A stretch of DNA of 39,748 bases from a virus. Lineage: Duplodnaviria > Heunggongvirae > Uroviricota > Caudoviricetes. Position 1 is the first letter of the stretch, and the number at the start of each line of letters is the position of its first letter. Positions 8,848 through 16,770 of the stretch are shown here, piece after piece. The stretch lies in the IMG/VR virus record IMGVR_UViG_2563366998_000008, one strand, 5' to 3'. A program made the translations under genes and the position numbers. Below the pieces are notes generated by a model. It worked only from the letters and a program-made list of their open reading frames with translations, searched no databases and had not been told where the DNA came from.

Positions 8848-9183
8848 TTATGGACTTTGTTGTTTTAGCCCATAAGGACATATTTGCAGAGTGCAACGGT
8901 TATTAAAGCATTCATTCAATACGTTATCTGTATTTGTAGGGCATTCCTGGCTGTTTTTGATTAAATTCCAGAATGTTTTATTGAATGGTACTACGTTGTA
9001 AATGGTTACAGGTAGCACTTTGTTATTGAGCATGATACCTGTGTGAGTCAGTGTAAATATACTTTCAGGAGGTAAGAAAGCATCCGATTGATACCAGATT
9101 ATTAATTTTATTTTACTCCATATGACTGAAAAAGATATTCCGCATGATGGCTGGATAACTGTATCAATCACAATCCACTTCAT
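8848..9183 (-). CDS. hypothetical protein (111 aa) in an AT-rich island, opposite strand to the late operon
   Basis: Minus-strand ORF with AAGGA about 6 nt upstream of ATG; AT-rich flanks; no recognised domain. Confidence 0.45.
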   Translation of the reverse strand: MKWIVIDTVIQPSCGISFSVIWSKIKLIIWYQSDAFLPPESIFTLTHTGIMLNNKVLPVTIYNVVPFNKTFWNLIKNSQECPTNTDNVLNECFNNRCTLQICPYGLKQQSP

Positions 9184-9443
9184 TTAGTTTCCTTGTTTAT
9201 GCCTTGCTGGTGATGTTCTGAAAAGTATAAATGATATTTTTGATTGTAAACCATAGAGCAGAATTATTTTTCTGATGTTGTTTATTGTTTATTTAAATGC
9301 AGGGTGGTTTATATCTCGTCTTGTAGTTTATCCATGCATATCTGCTTGATGATGAGGTTTTTATTTAAGGTATGGTTTTGTGTTTTTTCTGTATTACATG
9401 TCAGGTATTTTAAAGAATCATTTTTCAGATGGTGGAAAGAACC

Positions 9444-9632
9444 ATGGCATTTAAACACTATGATGTTGTCAGGGCGGCGTCGCCGTCAGATCTTGCGGAA
9501 AAGCTGACACATAAACTGAAAGAGGGCTGGCAGCCGTTTGGTAGTCCGGTGGCCATAACCCCTTATACCCTGATGCAGGCGATTGCAGCAGAAGGTGATG
9601 TGGTGGTCAGTGGTGCAACTGAGCCGGAGTGA
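9444..9632 (+). CDS. DUF1737-like small phage protein
   Basis: MAFKHYDVVRAASPSDLAEKLTHKLKEGWQPFGSP... resembles small DUF1737 prophage proteins; alternative start at 9429. Confidence 0.55.
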   Translation: MAFKHYDVVRAASPSDLAEKLTHKLKEGWQPFGSPVAITPYTLMQAIAAEGDVVVSGATEPE

Positions 9633-9874
9633 TACTACGTCATCGTACTGGCCCGGCATTCCAGGCCATAAAAGACGGTCTGGCAGTGGGACTAAATGCA
9701 CTGACGCTGACGGATATTACCAAAAATGCAACGTATGGCGTTGAGATAGAAAGTCTGGTGCTGGAGATAAATGCACCGGCATCATCATAAAAAGTGAGCC
9801 AGTCAAATGGAAGGTATCGTTAAACTCACCGGTAGTGTCAGTGGGTCGTCTGAGACGCCTGCATGAGTTATCAG

Positions 9875-9905
9875 AGCCATCAGTACTTAACTGGTGGCTT
9901 TTTTA
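9875..9905 (+). terminator. rho-independent terminator-like hairpin upstream of the holin gene
   Basis: 9-bp stem (AGCCATCAG / CTGGTGGCT, one G-U) followed by a T-run. Confidence 0.4.
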
Positions 9906-9939
9906 TTGTTGTCAGCTTCCGGATAACGGGAGACGGGGT

Positions 9940-10155
9940 ATGTACCAGATGGAAAAAATCACAACAGGTGTGTCATACACCACGTCAGCGGTGGGAACGG
10001 GCTACTGGTTCCTGCAGTTGCTGGACAGGGTTTCCCCGTCTCAGTGGGCGGCAATAGGCGTGCTGGGGAGTCTGCTGTTTGGGCTGCTGACATATCTGAC
10101 TAACCTGTATTTCAAAATCAAAGAGGACCGGCGTAAGGCGGCGCGGGGAGAGTAA
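9940..10155 (+). CDS. S: class II holin, phage-21 S-type pinholin
   Basis: Dual-start MYQM...; translation closely resembles S21 as recalled (...[22 protein letters not shown]...[21 protein letters not shown]). Confidence 0.85.
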   Translation: MYQMEKITTGVSYTTSAVGTGYWFLQLLDRVSPSQWAAIGVLGSLLFGLLTYLTNLYFKIKEDRRKAARGE

Positions 10156-10156
10156 A

Positions 10157-11050
10157 GTGATGAATAAAAAATATGAACTGGTTGTTAAGGGGATAAATAA
10201 TTACGGGGATAAGGTTACTGTTACTGTGAAGTCGGAAGGTGACGGGCAAGCGTCGCTGTTGTTGCCAGATGTGGCGATTAGTCTTGACCGTACTGAAGGT
10301 GCCACGCTGGAGTTTTACGAAGCTGAGGCGAAAAAGCAGGCGAAGCAGTTTTTCATGGATGTTGCTGCCGGGTTATGTGAATGGAACGAACCGTTGCCGG
10401 AAAAGCGCCCCGTAATTTTAGAGGCGCAGGATGTGTTGATAACCTACAAAGGAAAGCTACCGGGAAGAATTACTTGTTCTCTGAAGATGCCGCCGTCAAC
10501 ACTGCGGTCAGAAAAAGATGATGTTGAATCACGTATTGAAAAACTGGAGAGCTACGTCGTTGAGCTGAATAAGAAATGGTCGATATTGGTGCCTTCTGGC
10601 GATGAAAAGCAGTTTGCTGCGTTTGACGATTATTGTCGGAAAGTGATGAGCAGAAATCTCGCAGAGTGTTTCAGTATTCATAATGATAATTTCAGTGACC
10701 CGGAATGGGAGTGTAACCGGCCATCCTTTGTTGTATCCGGTGATGCTGGGAAAATAACCATCTCAGAAAATGGGAAAGTAACACCTCCATCGCACCAGCA
10801 CAGTGAGGAGCTCATTGAATTTGCCATTGATTACCTGAAGAACAATAAAAAGCAGGGGCTGATGAAGCGCGTTGGCCGTTGCATGGGATATCTTCAGGTA
10901 GCCGCTGAGATTGAAGCGCTGGCCAGTGGTGCTGATAAGGATGCAATTGTGCGGGAGGCTCTTCTTCGTGATTTTAATACTCCACCCTTTAAAAAAGGGC
11001 CGGCTTACTGGCTTCATCCGGGGCTGACTTATCTTAAAGTGCGTATTTAG
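10157..11050 (+). CDS. hypothetical 297-aa protein inserted between holin and endolysin
   Basis: GTG 10157 / ATG 10160 directly after the holin stop; long clean ORF; no domain recognised; visibly more AT-rich than the structural genes. Confidence 0.6.
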   Translation: MMNKKYELVVKGINNYGDKVTVTVKSEGDGQASLLLPDVAISLDRTEGATLEFYEAEAKKQAKQFFMDVAAGLCEWNEPLPEKRPVILEAQDVLITYKGKLPGRITCSLKMPPSTLRSEKDDVESRIEKLESYVVELNKKWSILVPSGDEKQFAAFDDYCRKVMSRNLAECFSIHNDNFSDPEWECNRPSFVVSGDAGKITISENGKVTPPSHQHSEELIEFAIDYLKNNKKQGLMKRVGRCMGYLQVAAEIEALASGADKDAIVREALLRDFNTPPFKKGPAYWLHPGLTYLKVRI

Positions 11051-11086
11051 TGGGCCAGGGACAGCGGCTGAATATTTAATATATCC

Positions 11087-11620
11087 ATGAACACCAAAAT
11101 CAAATACGGCCTGTCGGCTGCCGTTCTGGCGCTGATTGCCGCTGGTGCGCCTGCGCCTGACATTCTCGACCAGTTTCTGGATGAAAAGGAAGGCAACCAC
11201 ACCACGGCATACCGTGATGGTGCAGGTATCTGGACCATCTGCCGTGGTGCCATCATGGTGGATGGCAAACCTGTCGTTCCGGGCATGAAGTTGTCGAAGG
11301 AAAAATGCGACCAGGTTAACGCCATTGAGCGTGATAAAGCGCTGGCGTGGGTGGAGAAAAACATCAGAGTGCCGCTGACCGAACCCCAGAAAGCGGGGAT
11401 CGCGTCATTCTGTCCGTACAACATTGGTCCCGGTAAGTGTTTCCCGTCGACGTTTTACAGACGAATTAATGCTGGTGATCGAAAAGGTGCCTGCGAAGCG
11501 ATTCGCTGGTGGATTAAGGACGGTGGCAGAGACTGCCGTATTCGTTCAAACAACTGTTACGGTCAGGTATCCCGTCGTGACCAGGAGAGCGCGCTGGCGT
11601 GCTGGGGTATCGACAGATAA
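11087..11620 (+). CDS. R: SAR endolysin (phage-21 R-type lysozyme)
   Basis: N-terminal Gly/Ala-rich signal-anchor-release segment (LSAAVLALIAAGA) plus lysozyme core resembling R21. Confidence 0.85.
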   Translation: MNTKIKYGLSAAVLALIAAGAPAPDILDQFLDEKEGNHTTAYRDGAGIWTICRGAIMVDGKPVVPGMKLSKEKCDQVNAIERDKALAWVEKNIRVPLTEPQKAGIASFCPYNIGPGKCFPSTFYRRINAGDRKGACEAIRWWIKDGGRDCRIRSNNCYGQVSRRDQESALACWGIDR

Positions 11621-11776
11621 GCAGAATATTTTGCTGAAAAATGAGGAATGGCCACGCGGGCGGATAACACGAAATCCTGCGAACTGGCGAAACGTAAGTG
11701 AATAAAAGTAAAAACCCCGTTTGTTGGCACCAAGCGAGGTTTTGTGTTTCTGACCTTGAGTAAGGCAAGGGAGAAC

Positions 11777-11959
11777 ATGGCGAAGTGTAAACGAATTCTG
11801 TTGAGGTTGACTATGAAAAATGGCCTTGAACTGAAAGCGCCTGTAACTGATGACATCAGCAGAGCACTGGCTTTTGCCATTAAGTGGGTGGCGGTCGGTG
11901 TTGCTGTGTCCCCGATGCTGTATGGGCTGGCAAAACTGGTCATTGCGTTGAAATCGTGA
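11777..11959 (+). CDS. small hypothetical protein with C-terminal hydrophobic segment
   Basis: ATG 11777 after GGGAGA; 60 aa. Confidence 0.3.
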   Translation: MAKCKRILLRLTMKNGLELKAPVTDDISRALAFAIKWVAVGVAVSPMLYGLAKLVIALKS

Positions 11960-11973
11960 AGGGAGGATTAAGC

Positions 11974-12105
11974 ATGTCAGACAAACTCATAACGCTGGCG
12001 AAGATCCTCTGTGTAATTGTCGGCATTTCATTTTCACTAATGCTGGTTGCTCTTTTTCTTTCCATGGCCTGGATGATGTTGTCTTCGTCGGGGTTGCTGG
12101 GGTGA
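11974..12105 (+). CDS. small hydrophobic membrane protein (43 aa)
   Basis: ATG 11974 after GGGAGGA; single predicted transmembrane helix; stop overlaps the Rz start. Confidence 0.35.
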   Translation: MSDKLITLAKILCVIVGISFSLMLVALFLSMAWMMLSSSGLLG

Positions 12106-12575
12106 ACATAAACCGAATGCTTTCCGCGTTTATCGTTATTCTGCTGGTGGCCTGTGGTGCGCTGTGGATGGCAACAGACCATTACCGTGATAACGCGATT
12201 ACCTACAAAGCGCAGCGCGATAACAAAGCCAGTGAACTGAAGCTGGCGAACGCAACCATTACTGATATGCAGGTGCGCCAGCGCGATGTTGCTGCGCTCG
12301 ATGCAAAATACTCGAGGGAATTAGCCGATGCGAGAGCTGAAAATGAAACTCTTCGCGCTGACGTTGCCGCTGGTCGTAAGCGCCTGCGGATCAACGCCAC
12401 CTGTCCAGGCTCCGTGCGTGAAGCCCCCACCACCTCCGGCGTGGATAATGCAACCGGCCCCCAACTGGCAGACACCGTTACACGGGATTATTTCACCCTC
12501 AGAGAGCGGCTGATGACGATGCACAAGCAACTGGAAGGGGCACAGGACTATATCCGCACTCAGTGCCTGAAATAA
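12102..12575 (+). CDS. Rz: Rz i-spanin
   Basis: N-terminal TM then ...[14 protein letters not shown]...VAAGRKRL...[10 protein letters not shown]..., matching lambda Rz; start GTG 12102 or ATG 12117. Confidence 0.85.
   Translation: MNINRMLSAFIVILLVACGALWMATDHYRDNAITYKAQRDNKASELKLANATITDMQVRQRDVAALDAKYSRELADARAENETLRADVAAGRKRLRINATCPGSVREAPTTSGVDNATGPQLADTVTRDYFTLRERLMTMHKQLEGAQDYIRTQCLK
12328..12513 (+). CDS. Rz1: Rz1 o-spanin lipoprotein, embedded in Rz in the +1 frame
   Basis: Signal peptide with lipobox ending in Cys, then proline-rich [14 protein letters not shown]..., matching lambda Rz1. Confidence 0.8.
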   Translation: MRELKMKLFALTLPLVVSACGSTPPVQAPCVKPPPPPAWIMQPAPNWQTPLHGIISPSESG

Positions 12576-12885
12576 GTTTTGTTGATGCGCCGTATCGTCG
12601 CTATATTCCCTCATTAACAGAGACCGCAGCCCGACAGGGAGACTCCTCTGCGCGAGTGTGCGGGGATAATTAAAAACGATGCACACCGGGTTTTTACCGC
12701 GTTAATGATTCGCGGGTTTATCCCGGTGCGATGGTGGAAGAAACAGGAAGCTGTATTACAGAAAGTGCTACTACTGTATCCCGATGCGATGTATGTAATG
12801 TGAGTCAGATAATGGCACAGGATGTGGTGATGTGGCAGTCTGGAACACAGGATATATTGTCAGAATAAGACCCGTAGGAATAAAA

Positions 12886-13212
12886 ATGAAAAGACGCCTT
12901 TTACTACTTTTTCTGTTATCTGTCCTGGCAGTGGGATGCTCGCAGCAAAAAGCTGATGAGCCCCGGCAATTAGTGACGGTGTATCCACGATATCCGGAAT
13001 ATGCTGCAGCAAATTATATCAAGGGGCTGGTTGAGGTTAAGTTCGATATTGGTGCTGATGGGACTGTGACACGGATCGTTTTTCTCCGCTCAGAGCCTCA
13101 TAATTTGTTTCGTGATGAAGTGGTGAAGGCCATGGCGAAATGGCGATTTGAAAAGAATCGCCCCTGTCAGGGAGTGAAGAGACAATTTATCTTTACGCCG
13201 TCACGTCCTTGA
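12886..13212 (+). CDS. lipoprotein with TonB C-terminal-like domain
   Basis: Signal peptide MKRRLLLLFLLSVLAVGC (lipobox LAVGC); mature region YPRYPEYAAANYIKGLVEVKFDIGADGTVTRIVFLRSEPHNLFRDEVVKAMAKWRFE aligns by eye to the E. coli TonB C-terminal domain. Confidence 0.7.
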   Translation: MKRRLLLLFLLSVLAVGCSQQKADEPRQLVTVYPRYPEYAAANYIKGLVEVKFDIGADGTVTRIVFLRSEPHNLFRDEVVKAMAKWRFEKNRPCQGVKRQFIFTPSRP

Positions 13213-13304
13213 TGCTTCCAGGTAGAGAGGGGCTGGACGCAGGAGAAAAATGAAAGAGCCAGCGGTTATATTTTTGTCATGGCTGACGAGGAATGATGGA
13301 AGAA

Positions 13305-13327
13305 GGCGTTGTATGCCACACAACGCC
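13305..13327. terminator. hairpin between convergent genes
   Basis: GGCGTTGT / ACAACGCC stem, T-rich downstream on the + strand. Confidence 0.35.
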
Positions 13328-13575
13328 TCACTGTTCATTTCTTCTTTTTCTCTGGTGGAACCCGATGAATAAGAGTTGCACTGGTTTCCGATGAGATGGC
13401 GATATACTCGGGCAAAGTATGCTGGCAGTTTTCCAACTGGTCAAAAATACCTGCTCTCGTCTGTTGCAATGCCTGCAGCATGCGGCGGCAATGCGCCTTG
13501 CTTTTACTAACCATCTTTCCTTCCTCTATCAGTCGCTGCGTGAACTCATCATGTAATACCAGGTAAATGCGGATG

Positions 13576-13827
13576 TTATCGGTTTTGGCTACGCAGCATA
13601 GTACAAAACGGACAGGTGCATCCCGGGACGGGGGAGGCGTCACATGTCCCTGTGATGGTTGTTCCGGGTAATGCACTGTGTGGGGCATAAAAATGTCCGA
13701 TAATTTTACTTTCTACCGCAGTTAGTTGATTCGTTGGTCCTGGTAGCACATTGGGCGAGGATTTAAATGCCAGGCAACTGAAGGATGATGTTGCAAGGGA
13801 GATAGCGAGAATATTTCTGATTTTCAT
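13576..13827 (-). CDS. possible small secreted cysteine-rich protein
   Basis: Minus-strand ATG (13825-13827) with GAGG ~9 nt upstream; N-terminal signal-peptide-like MKIRNILAISLATSSFSCLA; four Cys near the C-terminus; overlaps another minus-strand ORF (13335..13688). Confidence 0.3.
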   Translation of the reverse strand: MKIRNILAISLATSSFSCLAFKSSPNVLPGPTNQLTAVESKIIGHFYAPHSALPGTTITGTCDASPVPGCTCPFCTMLRSQNR

Positions 13828-13975
13828 TTGATGATGCCTCTGTGTGAAATGACGGTAAACGACGCACTTGTGCCGGCACATAATAGCAAGCACCATAATA
13901 GATCAGATTCGATTCTTGCTGTAAGTGATAATTATTCTCGTTTTCGGGTCCTTTCCGTCGATCCAACAGGTTACG

Positions 13976-13987
13976 GGGCGGCGACCT
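13976..13987 (+). other. cosN cohesive-end site (GGGCGGCGACCT)
   Basis: ...CGATCCAACAGGTTACG | GGGCGGCGACCTCGCGGGTTTTCGCTATTTATGAAAATTTTCCGG matches the lambda cos junction as recalled. Confidence 0.85.
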
Positions 13988-14130
13988 CGCGGGTTTTCGC
14001 TATTTATGAAAATTTTCCGGGAACCATGTCCGGTTTCTCTTCAAGTTAACTATATGAAAAATAAAAAAAGAGGTCTTCTGTGAACCGGACATGCACAAAA
14101 AATAGACATGTAAGCCGGACATGACCGGTT
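13988..14130 (+). promoter_or_regulatory. cosB region with three copies of a CCGGACATG motif
   Basis: Motif at 14023-14034 (inverted), 14083-14093 and 14114-14124, between cosN and the small terminase gene. Confidence 0.5.
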
Positions 14131-14170
14131 TTGTTGTGATTGTGAAGTGAGAGTTTTTGCGAGGTGAGGA

Positions 14171-14680
14171 GTGGCTACGCAGACTGAAGTTGCCAGGCAT
14201 TTAAGTCTGACCGATCGCCAGCTTCGCAGATTGCAGAAATTGCCGGGTGCCCCGATATCGAATAAGCGAGGGCAACTGGATCTGGATGCCTGGCGCGATT
14301 TTTACATATCGTATCTGAGAAGAAGTAAAAACGATGTGCCTGATGGCGATAGCGAAGACGACTATGAGGAGAAATTGCTTATTGCCAGATGGGAACTGAC
14401 AGCAGAACAGGCTGTTACACAGCAGTTAAAAAATGAGGTGTCAAAAGGAAAACTTATTGATACCGGGTTCTGTATTTTTGCCCTCAGCAAGCTGGCAATG
14501 GCGTTATCCAGTACGCTTGATTCCATCCCTTTATCCATGCAGCGACAGTTTCCTGATTTAACACCGCGCCATCTTGACCATCTGAAAACCCTTATTGCGA
14601 AGGGGGCAAATCAGTGTGCGCGGGCGGGGGATAAATTACCGGATTTACTCGATGAATATATCAGAGCAACAACTGAATAA
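14171..14680 (+). CDS. nu1: terminase small subunit (Nu1-like)
   Basis: GTG 14171 after GAGGTGAGGA; C-terminal ...FCIFALSKLA...LDSIPLSMQRQFPDL..RHLDHLK...LLDEYI resembles lambda Nu1. Confidence 0.85.
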   Translation: MATQTEVARHLSLTDRQLRRLQKLPGAPISNKRGQLDLDAWRDFYISYLRRSKNDVPDGDSEDDYEEKLLIARWELTAEQAVTQQLKNEVSKGKLIDTGFCIFALSKLAMALSSTLDSIPLSMQRQFPDLTPRHLDHLKTLIAKGANQCARAGDKLPDLLDEYIRATTE

Positions 14681-16580
14681 TATGATGAGTGCTGTCACAA
14701 CAGCATTACAGCCCCTGATAAGGGCATTGCCGGTGACGCCAGTTGAATGGGCTGATCAAAATTATTATCTGCCTAAAGAATCTTCATATGGTGAGGGAGA
14801 ATGGAAAACGCTGCCGTTCCAGATCGCCATCATGAACAGCATGGGGAATGATCAGATCCGGACTGTTAATCTGATTAAATCTGCCCGTGTTGGCTATACA
14901 AAGATGTTGCTGGGGGTGGTCGGGTATTTTATTGAGCATAAATCCCGAAACAGTCTGCTTTTTCAGCCCACGGATTCTGCCGCTGAAGATTTTATGAAGT
15001 CTCACGTGGAGGCGACGATTCGGGATGTGCCATGTCTGAAAGACCTTTTTCCATGGCTGGGGCGTAAACATCGTGACAATACCCTCACGCTGAAACGCTT
15101 TTCATCGGGTGTGGGTTTCTGGTGCCTGGGCGGCGCTGCCGCCAAAAACTACCGTGAAAAATCCGTGGACGTGGTCTGCTATGACGAACTTTCCTCGTTC
15201 GAACCGGATGTCGAAAAAGAGGGTTCGCCAACCCTGCTTGGGGATAAACGTATTGAGGGCTCTGTATGGCCCAAATCCATTCGCGGCTCGACGCCTAAAA
15301 TCAAAGGCACCTGCCAGATCGAAAAAGCGGCCAACGAGTCGGCGCATTTCATGCGTTTTTATGTGCCCTGCCCACACTGTGGGGAGGAGCAGTATCTGAA
15401 ATTTGGCGATGAATCCACGCCTTTTGGCCTTAAATGGGAGAAGGACAGCCCCGAAAGCGTTTTCTACCTCTGTGAACATCATGGCTGCGTGATCCATCAG
15501 TCTGAGCTTGACCAGAGCAACGGGCGGTGGATCTGTGAAAACACGGGGATGTGGACCCGTGACGGTCTGACGTTTTTCAGCGCCGCGGATAATGAAATTC
15601 CGCCGCCGCGCTCCATCACGTTCCATATCTGGACAGCGTACAGTCCGTTCACCACCTGGGTACAGATAGTCTATGACTGGCTGGATGCACTGAAAGATCC
15701 CAACGGCCTGAAAACCTTTGTGAACACCACGCTGGGCGAGACCTGGGAAGAGGCCGTGGGCGAAAAACTCGATCACCAGGTGCTGATGGATAAGGTTGTG
15801 CGTTACACGGCGGCGGTGCCTGCCCGGGTGGTTTATCTGACGGCGGGCATTGACTCGCAGCGAAACCGTTTTGAGATGTATGTCTGGGGATGGGCACCGG
15901 GAGAGGAAGCTTTTCTGGTGGATAAAATCATCATTATGGGGCGTCCTGATGAGGAAGAGACGCTGTTACGTGTGGATGCGGCGATCAACAAAAAATACCG
16001 CCATGCGGATGGCACCGAAATGACCATTTCCCGTGTCTGCTGGGACACCGGGGGGATCGATGGTGAAATCGTCTACCAGAGGTCAAAAAAACACGGTGTT
16101 TTCCGTGTGCTGCCGGTAAAAGGCGCGTCTGTCTATGGCAAGCCGGTGATCACCATGCCGAAAACCCGCAATCAGCGGGGCGTTTATCTGTGTGAAGTGG
16201 GGACGGACACCGCAAAAGAAATTCTCTATGCCCGTATGAAAGCCGAGCCCACGCCTGCGGATGAAGCCACGTCGTATGCCATCCGTTTTCCTGATGATCC
16301 GGAGATTTTTTCGCAGACAGAGGCGCAGCAACTGGTCGCGGAAGAGCTTGTGGAGAAGTGGGAAAAAGGAAAGATGCGTCTGCTGTGGGATAACAAAAAG
16401 CGGCGTAACGAAGCGCTGGACTGCCTGGTGTATGCCTACGCGGCATTACGTGTGTCCGTGCAACGCTGGCAGCTTGATCTGGCTGTACTGGCAAAATCCC
16501 GGGAAGAAGAGACGACCCGGCCAACCCTTAAAGAACTGGCAGCGAAGCTGTCCGGAGGAGTGAATGGTTACAGTCGCTGA
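14652..16580 (+). CDS. A: terminase large subunit (gpA-like)
   Basis: MNISEQQ... with VEWADQNYYLPKESSYGEGEWKTLPFQ, FWCLGGAAAKNYREKSVDV, CPHCGEEQYLKFGDE closely matching lambda gpA. Confidence 0.95.
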   Translation: MNISEQQLNNMMSAVTTALQPLIRALPVTPVEWADQNYYLPKESSYGEGEWKTLPFQIAIMNSMGNDQIRTVNLIKSARVGYTKMLLGVVGYFIEHKSRNSLLFQPTDSAAEDFMKSHVEATIRDVPCLKDLFPWLGRKHRDNTLTLKRFSSGVGFWCLGGAAAKNYREKSVDVVCYDELSSFEPDVEKEGSPTLLGDKRIEGSVWPKSIRGSTPKIKGTCQIEKAANESAHFMRFYVPCPHCGEEQYLKFGDESTPFGLKWEKDSPESVFYLCEHHGCVIHQSELDQSNGRWICENTGMWTRDGLTFFSAADNEIPPPRSITFHIWTAYSPFTTWVQIVYDWLDALKDPNGLKTFVNTTLGETWEEAVGEKLDHQVLMDKVVRYTAAVPARVVYLTAGIDSQRNRFEMYVWGWAPGEEAFLVDKIIIMGRPDEEETLLRVDAAINKKYRHADGTEMTISRVCWDTGGIDGEIVYQRSKKHGVFRVLPVKGASVYGKPVITMPKTRNQRGVYLCEVGTDTAKEILYARMKAEPTPADEATSYAIRFPDDPEIFSQTEAQQLVAEELVEKWEKGKMRLLWDNKKRRNEALDCLVYAYAALRVSVQRWQLDLAVLAKSREEETTRPTLKELAAKLSGGVNGYSR

Positions 16581-16770
16581 ACTGCAGGCGCTGCGTCAGG
16601 CGCGCCTTGATTTATTAACCGGTAAACGGGTGGTGTCTGTCCAGAAAGATGGACGAAGAATTGAATATACGGCGGCCTCTCTGGATGAGCTTAACCGTGC
16701 GATCAATGATGCTGAGTTGGTACTGGGGACAACCCGCCGTCGCCGTCGTCCGCTGGGAGTGAGGTTATGA
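16564..16770 (+). CDS. W: head-tail joining protein W
   Basis: 68 aa; ...LLTGKRVVSVQKDGRRIEYTAASL... matches lambda gpW. Confidence 0.85.
   Translation: MVTVAELQALRQARLDLLTGKRVVSVQKDGRRIEYTAASLDELNRAINDAELVLGTTRRRRRPLGVRL

Noticed and set aside
8480-9430. tRNA genes or a toxin operon in the Q-to-S interval
   Set aside because: No cloverleaf-like sequence recognised by eye and no long + strand ORF; a tRNAscan run would be needed to exclude tRNAs formally
9835-9939. Upstream extension of the holin ORF (start 9835 in the ORF track)
   Set aside because: The extension covers a terminator hairpin; the dual-start MYQM at 9940/9949 is the canonical holin start
15102-15776. 224-aa minus-strand ORF inside the terminase large subunit gene
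   Set aside because: Antisense to a very strongly supported gpA-like gene; typical GC-rich shadow ORF
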